A DNA stretch of 63,856 nt, filler included, from Octopus bimaculoides (taxonomy: Eukaryota): NCBI RefSeq assembly GCF_001194135.2. It is 7 parts of 6 records of this genome, joined end to end, with 100 filler letters (N's around TTAATTAATTAA, not from the genome) between each part and the next. Parts side by side here need not be neighbours in the genome. Positions count along the whole stretch, not along the records: positions 35,461 to 41,635 come from NC_069006.1; positions 41,736 to 52,630 come from NC_068984.1; 5 more parts are not named here. The stretch is one strand, 5' to 3'. The notes beneath the pieces were generated by a model. That model saw only the letters and a list, made by a program, of their open reading frames with translations. It was not told the DNA's origin and searched no databases. A program made the position numbers and the translations under genes. How positions within the stretch are numbered: the first letter of the stretch is position 1; each line of letters starts with the position of its first letter. Positions 40,690 to 52,403 of this stretch are shown one piece after another.

Positions 40690-41600
40690 TATTGTTTACT
40701 CCCGTGCCAGGACAAACATTCTGGACCAAACATTTTTGTGAATGGAAGAAGTTTAGAAGTCGTTGTAGGAATCACACTGTCTAGAGATGGTAATCTTGAT
40801 GCAGAGATATGCTACCGAATAGAGAAGGGGAGTGTTGCATTTGGAAAGCTCGAAAAGCGAGAATGGGCGGATGGAGGTGTTTCCCTGCAGACAAAATTCA
40901 GTGTCTATAAAGCGTTTGTATTGTCTGCTCTTCTTTATTCAAGTGAGACATGGACCACTTACAAGCGTCGCATAAAAATGCTGGAGAGATTTCATCAAAA
41001 GTGCCTCAGACTTATCTTAAGAGTCAAGTGGGAATGTTTCATACTAGATCCAGAAGTTTAACGCATGGCACGTTGCAGCCCAGTTGAACATGTTATCTTG
41101 GTTCAAATGAGATGGACTGGCCATGTTATTAGAATGAAAGACAAGCGTTTGCCAAAGCGTCTTTTTAATGGCGAGCTCAACTCTGGTAAGCGACCACAAC
41201 ACAAGCCGAGGAAAAGGTATAAAGACTGTGTGAAGGAAAACCTGAAGAAATTAGATATGAAAATGATGCTCTAGATCGGAACAAGTGGAGAGGTTCTGTT
41301 AGGACTGGTTGGAAAAGATGATTCAGTACTCTGAGCTTAAAAGGACCTGTCGCAAAGGAACAATTGAAACTGCAGCCAACAGTGAACATTAGATATGTAT
41401 TATATGTGATCGTGTTCTGTTGTCAAAAGCAGGATACGTGAACCATACGAAGTCACATGAAAAATCGAAATGCCCAGATAGGTAATGATCTTGGACACCA
41501 ACCGCTTCTTACGACTTGTGTCATATGTCACAAAACTTGCAAGACAATACCTGGATTTAAGAGACATATGCTAGTTCGCAATAACTTTCTTTCAAAATCA
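40690..41600 (+). pseudogene. RTE (BovB-like) LINE post-RT region with two C-terminal C2H2-spaced motifs
   Basis: TLSRDGNLDAEICYRIEKGSVAFGKL...LLYSSETWTTY...LERFHQKCLRLIL; QMRWTGHVIRM..KRLPKRLF.GEL..GKRP..KPRKRYKD; then CIICDRVLLSKAGYVNHTKSH. Confidence 0.9.
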
Positions 41601-41635
41601 GATTTTAAAGGGCAAAGATATAAAAGAAACTTGAA

Positions 41636-41735
41636 NNNNNNNNNNNNNNNNNNNNNNNNNNNNNNNNNNNNNNNNNNNNTTAATTAATTAANNNNNNNNN
41701 NNNNNNNNNNNNNNNNNNNNNNNNNNNNNNNNNNN
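41636..41735. other. Artificial scaffold spacer
   Basis: N44-TTAATTAATTAA-N44. Confidence 0.95.
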
Positions 41736-41761
<26 letters not shown>

Positions 41762-41766
<5 letters not shown>

Positions 41767-43530
41767 TGTGCACGAATGTTTTACATTCGGAGTCCATGTA
41801 ATACCGGGTCGCAAGCAGTTTCCTTAAATATCAAGGAGCTTTCTCACAATCTTTGCTGTTCTCAATAGAGCAGATTTCTGAATTAACACAATTCTTGTAG
41901 TTACACCAATCTCAATGAGGGAGCTGTTAAGTCTATTAGTGACGGTACCTGGGGCATCTATAACAACTGGGATTACTTTTGTAAGAACCCTCCACAGTCG
42001 TCATATTTCCCTAGCCAAATCCTGGTATTATCCTTTTTTTTCCAGTTCGTTGACCGCTACAGTCATGTCCGCAGATATAGCCATATCTATGATGATGTAC
42101 TCTTTTTCCCCTTGTCCGGAACCATATCTGGTCGTCTGTACATTAAAATCTCATAAAATCTTGTACTGATCGTTCTCTATTACACTTTCTGATTGATGTT
42201 GACACTATTTTCTTTCTTCTTTAAATCTTCTTTGCCGAAACATGTCCCAGTGTAGTGCCTTGGCTACACAGTCATTTCTGCATCTATATTCGTTCTGTGT
42301 TAAGGTACTACAGGAACTTATACGCATAATGGATTCTTCTTTCTCATTACTTTGCACTTTTCGCGGATTTGTCTATTTTACTCTTAATGATATTCATCCA
42401 TAATGACTGTCTTTGAGCAGCTATCATGAGTTCTTCTGTTTTTCTTTCTTTTTGCTTGTTTGCCTTTTTTTGTTTTTGTTTTTTGTTTTTGTTTTTCTTT
42501 TTCTTTTTGTTAAGGCTTCCATTCTACATCCATAACCAGGAGTCTTCTACTGCGACGTCCTGCGTTTGTCTGAGATGCTGACCGTGCAGTTCTCTTCTCC
42601 AAATGTTTCTTTTTCGCTCCTCTTTTCTTCTTTTCTTATATTCCGTTGCCATTTCCGCAGCGTCTTTCTCCTCTCCTCTACTAACTGAAATCAGTCTTTC
42701 TGAGTTGCTCTTCACATTCTTGGATGTCTCGTTTTTCCATTTCTACAATCTTCTATCAACGTCAGTCCCCTTCCCACCCACCTTCCGTGGCAGAAATAAT
42801 CTATCAACATTGTCTCTGGGATGTAACAACTTGTACATGGACATTATCTTTCTAGTCTTACGATCTATGTCTCTTAGTTCTTCCTTAGTCCAATTCAGGA
42901 AAACTGCAGAATATCGTATAAGAGAAACCGGCCATGTATTTACTACAGAAATGCTTCTTCCCCCATTTAGTTTCGAACCTAACCCTTTTCACTCTCCTGA
43001 CATATTCGTTCCTCACCACCTTCATTTCTTAGCAGAGGATTCTATCTGCTTCTGATACACCTAGGTAGTTGTAGCGGTCGTTCTCATTCATCGTCAGTTC
43101 GATGTCATATTCAGGAGTTTAATCCGTTCTGACTTGGATATTTTCCCTATCACTCACAATTCTAACAGTCTGAACCAGTGAATCGTTTGGCAAATAAATT
43201 CAGGTCGTCCTTAAACAGATGGTTTATTTTCTCCTCACTGCTAAATTCGTAGTATGATTTAATCTCTCTGACGGTCAATGTAAGAGGGATAAGAGCAACC
43301 GCGAACAGCCTTGGAATTTTCCCCTACTTACGTTGACTTCACGAAGGTTATCCTTGCTTGATGTTAGTATATATAACATATGCCTTGTAATAATCGATCC
43401 GTGTCGTTGCTAGGTTTTTCTTCCTGCTTTTGACATCTTGGAGGAATTGTCAATCTATATGTAAGGGTCCCTTGTCCCTTTGAAGTTTTTTCTGCATCCT
43501 TTCTGTTCTTCAGGCAGCAGATCTCACTTC
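41762..43530 (-). pseudogene. R4/Dong-like (restriction-like endonuclease) LINE remnant: RT C-half, post-RT region, RLE, 3' UTR
   Basis: Motifs in order on the minus strand: LFAVALIPLT, KINHLFKDDL, YNYLGVSEADRI, WRRELHGQHLRQT, TEELMIAAQRQS, CVAKALHWD, YQDLAREI*RLWRV..VIPVVIDAPG, IVRKLLDI*; (TA)n on both sides. Confidence 0.85.
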
Positions 43531-43535
43531 TTAAG

Positions 43536-43582
<47 letters not shown>

Positions 43583-43584
43583 GT

Positions 43585-44110
43585 GTAGGTATCAGTTAGA
43601 AAAGTTTAATACCCCTAAGGGATAATTAAATCCAAAAGCGTTCCTGGTTATTACCTGAGTAGGTACAGTCTTTTGTAAAGTTGTATGGTAGCAGGTAGTT
43701 CGGTAGGTAGAACGTAGTTTAGGTTATATAAGAGAAGAAAATGGATGTAAAGAACAAGGAGAAACTCGTCATTTTCACTGGCATGTCTTTAATTTAATTA
43801 ATTAACAAAGAAGCGGGTAGCATTTACGATCGTTTCAATTTACTAGTTTTAGTAAATATCATCAGAATGCGAAAAATAGATTGATACATCGGTCAGAATG
43901 CGAAAATAATTGATACATAGGTAATGGTAATAGAGGCGAAATTGTTAGTCTTACATTATATATTGTTCTTAAGTTGGTTATTTCGCTGGGGAGAGGTTGC
44001 ATTGTAGTAGATAGGTTAGTTTATGGTTCCGTTGGGCAATTAGAGCGCGGTGTATATAATTTTGGTGTGGAATCCTGAGTTTGACTAAGCACATTTTTTT
44101 CTGCACATGC
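43585..44110 (-). mobile_element. Probable Penelope-like 3' fragment carrying a hammerhead
   Basis: Unique-looking block between microsatellites containing a complete HHR core; PLE assignment rests mainly on the HHR. Confidence 0.55.
43820..43870 (-). ncRNA. Minimal type I hammerhead ribozyme motif
   Basis: GCAUU-CUGAUGA-U-AUUUACUA-AAAC-UAGUAAAU-U-GAAA-CGAUCG-UA-AAUGC: 5-bp stem I, 8-bp stem II, palindromic stem III, GUA cleavage triplet. Confidence 0.8.
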
Positions 44111-44153
44111 GCTAATTGAGTGGATTTGGTAGACGGAAACTGAAACAAGCCCG

Positions 44154-44200
<47 letters not shown>

Positions 44201-44802
44201 NNNNNNNNNNNNNNNNNNNNNNNNNNNNNNNNNNNNNNNNNNNNNNNNNNNNNNNNNNNNNNNNNNNNNNNNNNNNNNNNNNNNNNNNNNNNNNNNNNNN
44301 NNNNNNNNNNNNNNNNNNNNNNNNNNNNNNNNNNNNNNNNNNNNNNNNNNNNNNNNNNNNNNNNNNNNNNNNNNNNNNNNNNNNNNNNNNNNNNNNNNNN
44401 NNNNNNNNNNNNNNNNNNNNNNNNNNNNNNNNNNNNNNNNNNNNNNNNNNNNNNNNNNNNNNNNNNNNNNNNNNNNNNNNNNNNNNNNNNNNNNNNNNNN
44501 NNNNNNNNNNNNNNNNNNNNNNNNNNNNNNNNNNNNNNNNNNNNNNNNNNNNNNNNNNNNNNNNNNNNNNNNNNNNNNNNNNNNNNNNNNNNNNNNNNNN
44601 NNNNNNNNNNNNNNNNNNNNNNNNNNNNNNNNNNNNNNNNNNNNNNNNNNNNNNNNNNNNNNNNNNNNNNNNNNNNNNNNNNNTTTAAATTTGCATATTC
44701 AAAAGAGACAGAGACTTCAAACTCGATATATCGATTTATTCAATCGAGTTTGAAGTCTCTGTCTCTTTTGAATATGCAAATTTAAAAGTTAAAAACCTTG
44801 TA

Positions 44803-44846
<44 letters not shown>

Positions 44847-45375
44847 TAGTATATATGTGTATATATATAATATATATTATATGTGTGTGTGTATATGTAT
44901 GTATGTATCCATGCATGTATGTATGCATGTATGGATGCGTCCATGTATGTATATATGTGTATGTGTGAGTGTGTATAGGCACAAATATAGACACACACAC
45001 ACACACACACATTGTTGATCTCGACCGATTGCGTCTGCTTTCATACTTATTTAACCGTCACCCTCCAGCTATCCTTTTGATGTAATAGGTTATTGATTTC
45101 TAAAACATTGTTTACATGTCTTTCTTATTGTTTCCTCCAGGATTTCTTCTGTGATGTTAGCGTAGGCTAGATCAACTACGTTTTCATTGGCCCCTAGGAA
45201 GTTCCAAGAACGGGCTCTGCTCGGGTCGTCCTTCAAATGATATGCTGTGCAACAATTTCGACCATTATAGGCTTTCCTTATGAAGAAATCTTCTATTGTT
45301 GCTAAACCTTTTGGTTCTTTTATTCCATTCTTTCGAATATTGTCTCTTCTTGTGTACATATACATATATATCGCC

Positions 45376-45560
45376 TTTTATCTTTTACTTGTTTCAATGA
45401 TTGGACTCCGGCGATGCTGTGGCGCCGCTGTGTTGGGTTTCGTCGAACAAACCGACAGCAATACTTATTTTTTTAAGTCTGGTACTTATTCCATCAGCTT
45501 CTTTCGACGAACCGCTAAGCTACGGGGTCGAAAACAAACTAACACCGGTTGTCAAGCGAT
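45376..45560 (-). mobile_element. Fourth SINE-like family
   Basis: TTTTATCTTTTACTTGTTTCA...GGTACTTATTC...CGAACCGCTAAG; related copies at ~7090-7200 and ~55800-55985. Confidence 0.7.
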
Positions 45561-45747
45561 CTTGAGGACAAACGCACAAAAACATACACACATAGATACA
45601 CATGTATACATATACATACATACATATTTTGAAATATATAGTTATAATCATATTTTTATAACTATATACTTAAAAATTCATTTTACTGATATGGCGATTT
45701 TTTATACGCTAGCCACTGATTTTAATGATTATATCCTCTAGTTATAG

Positions 45748-45803
<56 letters not shown>

Positions 45804-47810
45804 GAATGTATGTATACATACTAATATTGATCACTGAGAATGAGCGCTCAAAACCACATTGGTGGATAAATATTCTTTATCTGTGGGCTAACAAGGCAAC
45901 CAATGGTTTCATACGAAGAGATTGTTCAGGTGTAGCACAATTGTTCAGGTGTACCACATAGAAATGTGAGTATGATGTCAAAGTTTCTGCCATATCGTGG
46001 ATTTCATTTCAGTAATGGATCTAAATGCTTTCTTTTATATTTGTAGACAACATACTACTCACATAAGTGATATGTTCCTGGCACACAACCTATTTGACAG
46101 GCAGGAGGACCGAGCCAGCAAGAGTTAATGTTCTTGGCCGCAAACAGAACGCTGTGGTTGAAATGACACAAAGCTTCAACGTTGGACTAGTAGCTGGCCA
46201 CCGTATTGTCACCATTATGTTTCAACTTTGCTAATCAATACCTTCAAACCCGTAACGTGAGTTGGATGCACACCACCACTACCACCAGATCACCACTGCT
46301 ACCGCTCACTGATTTAAAGAACAACTCCATTTCACCGTTCATTTCCCTTCACTACACACACAGCTGCTCAGTTTGCAATCTCCATCTTAGAACTTCACGC
46401 AAATCTTATTTTTTTGACTCAGTCTGTTGTTTCTATAGACGAGTATTTCTTTCTGCTTTCTATTATTATATGAATGCGTTTGTATGTGCGTGCTTGCATG
46501 CGTTGCACTCGCATATGTGTGAGCATATGTGCGTTTATCTGTGTATACGTGTTCTCCATATTTTGCGTGTGTGTCGATGTGTGCATGAGCAATAAGCTTC
46601 ATTCATTTGTCTGTCACGTTTTCGTTCACTATAATCCAGGAAGAAAAGTGTCCGGTGCTTAAACGCATTGCAAGGTCTTTGGTGAAGATTGCGTGGCAAG
46701 ATTCAAAGAAGATTTCCAGGTCTATCGGCAATTTACTGAATACTTTAATCACAGATCTGCTAGAATCAGGTCGGTGTAGGTCACGTGATTTTTGCGTACT
46801 TTTGTATAATCATTTTCATTATTGCATTGTATCGAAATAAACCTCGACCTGACACACGCCAAATGCTTTCAAGTCCTAGCAGGAAGCAGTGAACTTGTGA
46901 AACGTCTAATCCTCTGTTAAATGGCTGATTTATTCAAGCAAGCAAACTTAGCATCACCAAAAGCGGTTCTTAACGTTTCCAAGATATTACAATTCCGTTT
47001 AGTCAAATCGTTCATGCAATATTCCAGTCACGCACACAGTCGTTGTTCTGTTGTTTATTTCTTTTAGAAATATATTTCCTCAAGAACAAAGCCATATCTT
47101 CAACAATTAGTTTAAGCGGCTGTTTTTGTTAGTGTCATATATCGTTCTAGAAACAATACAATAAGTAGTCCACCATTTTTAAACAATTCGAGTGTAGTTT
47201 AGTAAAGAGATAAAATGATGTTCTGTCGTCATGTCCACGTAGATTAGCGAACATATCAAAACATAAATTTGCGTTTGTTAACGTATTCTTTTATTCTTTT
47301 ATTCTTTTACTGGTCTTTGCCATTGGACTGCAGCCATGTTGATTGGTACACAGAATTTAAGAGATTTTAGTCTATCATATTGGCGACAAATATATTTCAA
47401 CTTGGTTCATGTTTTATTTAGATCTATTTATCGGATGGCAAAATCGCACTTTTTAACATAACCAGGGTTCTACACAACCAATAGACACACATACACACGC
47501 ACTTACGCATACATATGTGTGTGTTCGTGTTGTGTGTGTATGTGTGTATGTGTGCGTGTGTGTTTATGCACGTATATATTTATGTATATGCTGCGTGTAT
47601 ATAAAGCTAGATAAATAGATGGATAGATAGATAGATAGACGTATATATATANNNNNNNNNNNNNNNNNNNNNNNNNNNNNNNNNNNNNNNNNNNNNNNNN
47701 NNNNNNNNNNNNNNNNNNNNNNNNNNNNNNNNNNNNNNNNNNNNNNNNNNNNNNNNNNNNNNNNNNNNNNNNNNNNNNNNNNNNNNNNNNNNNATATATA
47801 TATATATATA

Positions 47811-47951
47811 AGAAAATTAAGAAAGTGGCAATATAGCATTAAATAGAAATTTGTTATCTGCAAAAATCCAACATATTCTCTAGAGAATATGTTGGATTTT
47901 TCAGATAATAATTTTTTATTAAATGCTATATCTCCATTTTCTTAATTTTCT
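47811..47951. repeat. ~140-bp loopless palindrome
   Basis: Perfect 40-bp core AAAAATCCAACATATTCTCTAGAGAATATGTTGGATTTTT (47862-47901), extending imperfectly to GAAAATTAAGAAA / TTTCTTAATTTTC. Confidence 0.9.
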
Positions 47952-48419
47952 TTTGAATGGTTATAAACCATGATTTATATATAGACCTACTATTTTATGA
48001 ATATTATTATTATTCGCAACAATAATAATGAGGCTAAATTAACCTCTAATTGAATATACATATATATATTGTATAAGGAACCTCCCCTTTTCTCTGGCTT
48101 TTTTGTATGTATGTATACGAATATATATACATACACATGTACGCGCGTGCGCGCACACTCACATATATATATATTGTGTAAGGGGCCTTCCCCTTCTCTC
48201 CCTTTTTTGTGTATGTATACGAACATATATACATACACGTGTATGCGCACGTGCACATACACACACACACACACACGCACACACTGCAGATCACTTAGCA
48301 ATTATTACATTTTTATATATATGTTTGAAGTAAACAAGGATTATTTTTGTTGAACTTCAATTTCATTCGGGTGTTCGAAATTTACTTATTTTTTTAATTT
48401 AAGATTAATGTAAGATGGT

Positions 48420-48720
48420 GAATGATGTGGAGCTTTTCTGTGTGAATGATGTGGAGCTTTTAATCCGTTCTTAAATTCCTGTCCTCTATCGAATTCTGCC
48501 AATTAAATGCTTGCGGTCTGTCCTTGTTTCTTGATTTTTCAATGTACTTTGAAAGTGCTGCAATGTCGTCTGTGTAATAAGGGTGGAACGAAGTTTTATG
48601 TCAGAATAGGCGACCCTTCAAAGATTGGTCAGTAAAACCTGAATATGTAATTATATTGATATGCTGCTAATGGAGATATCAACTCTATATTTATGTAATG
48701 TTTTTTTCTGAGTATTTACT
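48420..48720 (-). pseudogene. Possible Penelope-like GIY-YIG region remnant
   Basis: Minus strand HYTDDIAALSKYIEKSRNK..QAFNWQ, resembling the T.LSKY.W.LK...W segment of PLE endonuclease domains. Confidence 0.45.
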
Positions 48721-50146
48721 CATTGCGTGGTAGGCAAGACTCAATATTTTGAAAGTTACATGTCAATGCTCTGCGCGGGAAAGACCATTATAGTATCTAT
48801 AAAAAAGGGCAGAGTAAGAAGACAACGCATCTATGAGAAATGGCTGAAGTGCATCGGTAACTTCACAGCAGTCAATCTAGTAGAATTCATTTGGATGTGC
48901 TCCATGTTGTTCGTGTATGAAATAACGACTCTCCCAACTACTGGAGCAGTATTCCAGTATTGAACTTTTGAAGAGAATCGTGAAATATTCGGAGCCGAAA
49001 CACCTTCTGATCTTAAAGAATATTAATTAAAGAATAATAATTTAGGGGAAGAAATTTTTACATCAACTCCTAGAAATCATGGTGCGCATAAATCGCTTCT
49101 ACTTTGGGAAGGTCCACAAAGATTTCAAATCTCAGAAGGCTCAAATGTTCTGTGAAGTTCTGTTATACTTCTATCGACATTGAACGCGTCACATATATCG
49201 AAAATGATAGCCGACTCCAAGTGAAGAACATTCTCGAGTGCCTAAACTGATAAACAACAATAACAACTTAATGAAAAGGACGCTTGCAGTTGTATTCGAC
49301 TGTCTGCTTACAAACAACATTTTATTTGATTTTGTTACAGACGTAGATACTGAAGTCTCTAGACGGACATTTTCTTTGAGGTAAACATTTCACAGAAGTA
49401 TTATACATACAGAAAATAATGTATAAATTCTAAAACATTTAATTATAACGTAAGAACAGACATGAATTGAACATCAAGAGCCAAAACTCAGTTTCTGGTG
49501 AAAGGTGACAGGTATGACAAAGATTGCAAACGAAAAAGAAAATTCAATAAACTCAAAGACGACTACAAAAAGTAATATTTCTTAGAATAACAACTATTAT
49601 TGCGAAAAGAGAGAGAGAGAGAGACTATTATTACGAGAGGAGAGGGAGAAAGAGAGAGAGAGAGATTAAAATATGTGACATTCAAAGACAGGCTGTAGTT
49701 GTACAGTAAATAATAACCTTCATAACATTAAACTAGAAGGAAGAATATAGAAGTGAATTCGATAGCGTGCGTGGGCGTGTGTGTATGTATATGTGTATGT
49801 GTATATGTGCATGCATGTTCGTGTCTGTATCGTGTTTGTGTGTGTGTGTTTGACAAATAAAAATAACGCCAATATAAAAGCAATAATACGAGAACGATAT
49901 CACTGAAAAGACCAAGTAGCTGCAAATACGTTGGAGTAGAGCACTATGAAGGGGGGACTGCTTTCTGTTGTAAGTACGTATATAGTCTCTAAACGGGTCT
50001 CTCACTTATATTCAATGGTTTTTCTTTTTCTCGTTAGCTTGTCCTGAGTCTCACGTTCCACCATTGCGTTGCGCTATCATAATTGCACAGCGCCTCTATT
50101 CCGAACCAATTTTGCTACATACAACAAACGTGGACTTACAACTCGA

Positions 50147-50234
<88 letters not shown>

Positions 50235-50340
50235 ATTATTATTATTATTATTGAGAATAATATTGAGATAACATGACAACAATCACATCATTTACATTAT
50301 TTACATTTGACAGTTATTTGTCCTCATCTTGTTTGTTGTT

Positions 50341-50386
50341 AACACAACGTTTCGGCTGATATACTCTCCAGCCTTCATCAGGTGTC
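50341..50386 (-). ncRNA. Minimal hammerhead ribozyme motif (left arm)
   Basis: GACAC-CUGAUGA-A-GGCUG-GAGAGUAUAU-CAGCC-GAAA-CG-UU-GUGUU; stem III reduced to the palindrome ACGU. Confidence 0.7.
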
Positions 50387-50449
50387 TTGGTGAAATTTCG
50401 AACCTGGGTTCTCCTTCCTAGGGTATTTTTCGATGTTGTTGCTGTTATA

Positions 50450-50504
<55 letters not shown>

Positions 50505-50565
50505 TCACTGCTTGGAATCGAAAATTCCGAGTTCGATTCCAAGCAGTGACCTCAACAACAACAAC

Positions 50566-50599
<34 letters not shown>

Positions 50600-50660
50600 G
50601 TAATAATAATAACATCGAAAAATACCTTAGGAATGAGAACCCAAGTTCGAAATTTCCCCA

Positions 50661-50704
50661 AGGCACCTGATGAAGGCTGGAGGGTATATCAGTCGAAACG
50701 TGTT
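50661..50704 (+). ncRNA. Hammerhead motif (right arm), 2-nt deletion after GAAACG
   Basis: GGCAC-CUGAUGA(50667)-A-GGCUG...CAGUC-GAAACG-UGUU. Confidence 0.5.
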
Positions 50705-50824
50705 AACAACAAACAAGATGAGGACAAACATCCGTCAAATGTAAATAATGTACATAATTCCTCATCTCTTAAATATAGAATTGGAGCAATCACATTACTC
50801 GTTGATTGGTTTGAAATACTGACA

Positions 50825-51027
50825 GGGCGGCGAGCAGGCAAAGTGGTTAGCACGCCAGGCATTTCGTCCACTTCACATTGAGAGTTCAATTTCCGCCGAG
50901 GTCGACTTTGCCTTTTATCCTTTATGCATATATCGAGGAAATAAGTACCAGTTGAACACTGGATTGAATGTAATCGACTTGTCCCACCCACCCGAACTTA
51001 CTGGCCTTGTGCCAAAACTTGAGACGA
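50825..51027 (+). mobile_element. SINE (tail type 1)
   Basis: GGCGGCGAGC...GAGTTCAATTTCCGCCGAGGTCGACTTTGCC...AAGTACCAGTTGAACACTGG. Confidence 0.8.
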
Positions 51028-51424
51028 TTATTATTAAAGTTCTTCTTGGTATCTAATGTACTTAGACATTATCCACCGGGTATCAATTAAGGTAGATAAC
51101 GGATGTGATGTTCTTAATAGTTTTGATGAGTGCATGATATCGAGAAGTACTAGGACTGGACAAAGAAAAAGAATAACCACGCATATGTGTGCTCAATAAA
51201 AATTCTATAGGTGGCTGTGTGGTTGGGAGCTTGCTTCCCTACCTCATGGTTCTGGGTTCAGTCCCATTGCGTGGCACCTTGGGCAAGTGCCTTCTACTAG
51301 GTTTAAATAAAAAATAAGTCCTGGGGTCCATTCATTCGACTACAACCCTTCAATGTGGTGCTCCAGCATGACCACAGTCAAATGACTGAAACAATTAAAA
51401 GAGTAAGAAAATAAAAGAACAATG

Positions 51425-51690
51425 AAATTTACGCTAAGAGCTTTTTTCGTTATATGTGCGCAATACCCAATAAGGTCATCTTTTGTATTTTTCAAGCATG
51501 TTTTCCTTGTATTACGTCTAAGAATTTTTCCTGTTCCTTTCATTATTACTCCAAGTGTTCCTATCATGATAGATATCGTAAGGTTTTTCATCTTCCACAT
51601 TTTGGCAATCTCCATACCTAGATTTTTGTATTTCTGTATTTTATTAAGATCTTTGAACGGACAGCCATAGAAATAACAAGACAAGTTTTA
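51425..51690 (-). pseudogene. R4/Dong-like RLE C-terminal fragment
   Basis: KIQKYKNLGMEIAKMWKMK...IMIGTLGVIMKG, matching K..KY..L..EI..MW....P.IIGALG; abuts (TAA)n. Confidence 0.8.
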
Positions 51691-51747
51691 TCCAAATGGT
51701 TGTTGTTTTCATTATTATTATTATCATTATTATTATTATTATTATTA

Positions 51748-51780
<33 letters not shown>

Positions 51781-51781
<1 letters not shown>

Positions 51782-52317
51782 TGAGTGAGAGAGAAGTGCA
51801 AGCCATCAAAGTGACACTGAGGTAAAATATACGAAGCCCAGTATACCCATCATGACTACCCGTCTGATAAGGGTACACCAGGCACATGCATCACAACCAT
51901 ATGTGCACAACATGGTGATCTCATATCAAGATAAACAGTGCATGACCTCGCAGGTGGGGCCCAGTTAGAATTTTTTCAGGTTGAGTAGCCCATCCTGCTC
52001 AAAAGGTCCCTGAATAAGGTTTGTTTAAGGATGTTGGGCAAAACATCCATGTTTCCGAAGGTGAATTATTCAAAGCCCAAAGAATTCTTCTCAACACATA
52101 GCTATGATGCTCCCTCACTACTTCTGCTCATGATCAGAGATGCACATATCGTCAGCCACCAAGGGACATGCTCAACTGGTTAAGGACAAACAACTGACAA
52201 GCAAATCTGTGGTATTAAGCAGAATATTTGCTGTAGCCCATCTTTTTATACCAAGACAAAACAATGTACATGATAACTTCCAATCAATTAAGATCTGAAG
52301 CCATGAGAGCCACTGCC
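51781..52317 (-). mobile_element. ~540-bp non-coding element embedded in (TAA)n
   Basis: Non-coding block with (TTA)n in the same orientation on both sides; starts GGCAGTGGCTCTCATGGC on the minus strand. Strand is inferred. Confidence 0.65.
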
Positions 52318-52368
52318 TTATTACTATTATTATTATCATCATTATTATTATTACTATTATTATTATTA

Positions 52369-52403
<35 letters not shown>

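Larger units (their letters stand above)
50293..50780. mobile_element. Palindromic Penelope-like non-autonomous element with a hammerhead on each arm
   Basis: Arms are reverse complements over ~230 bp, including (TTA)n/(TAA)n; 9-nt central loop AATTCCGAG (50523-50531). Confidence 0.9.

Noticed and set aside
52130-52317. HDV-like ribozyme at the 5' end of the 540-bp element
   Set aside because: I could not build a consistent nested double pseudoknot by eye; needs a descriptor search.
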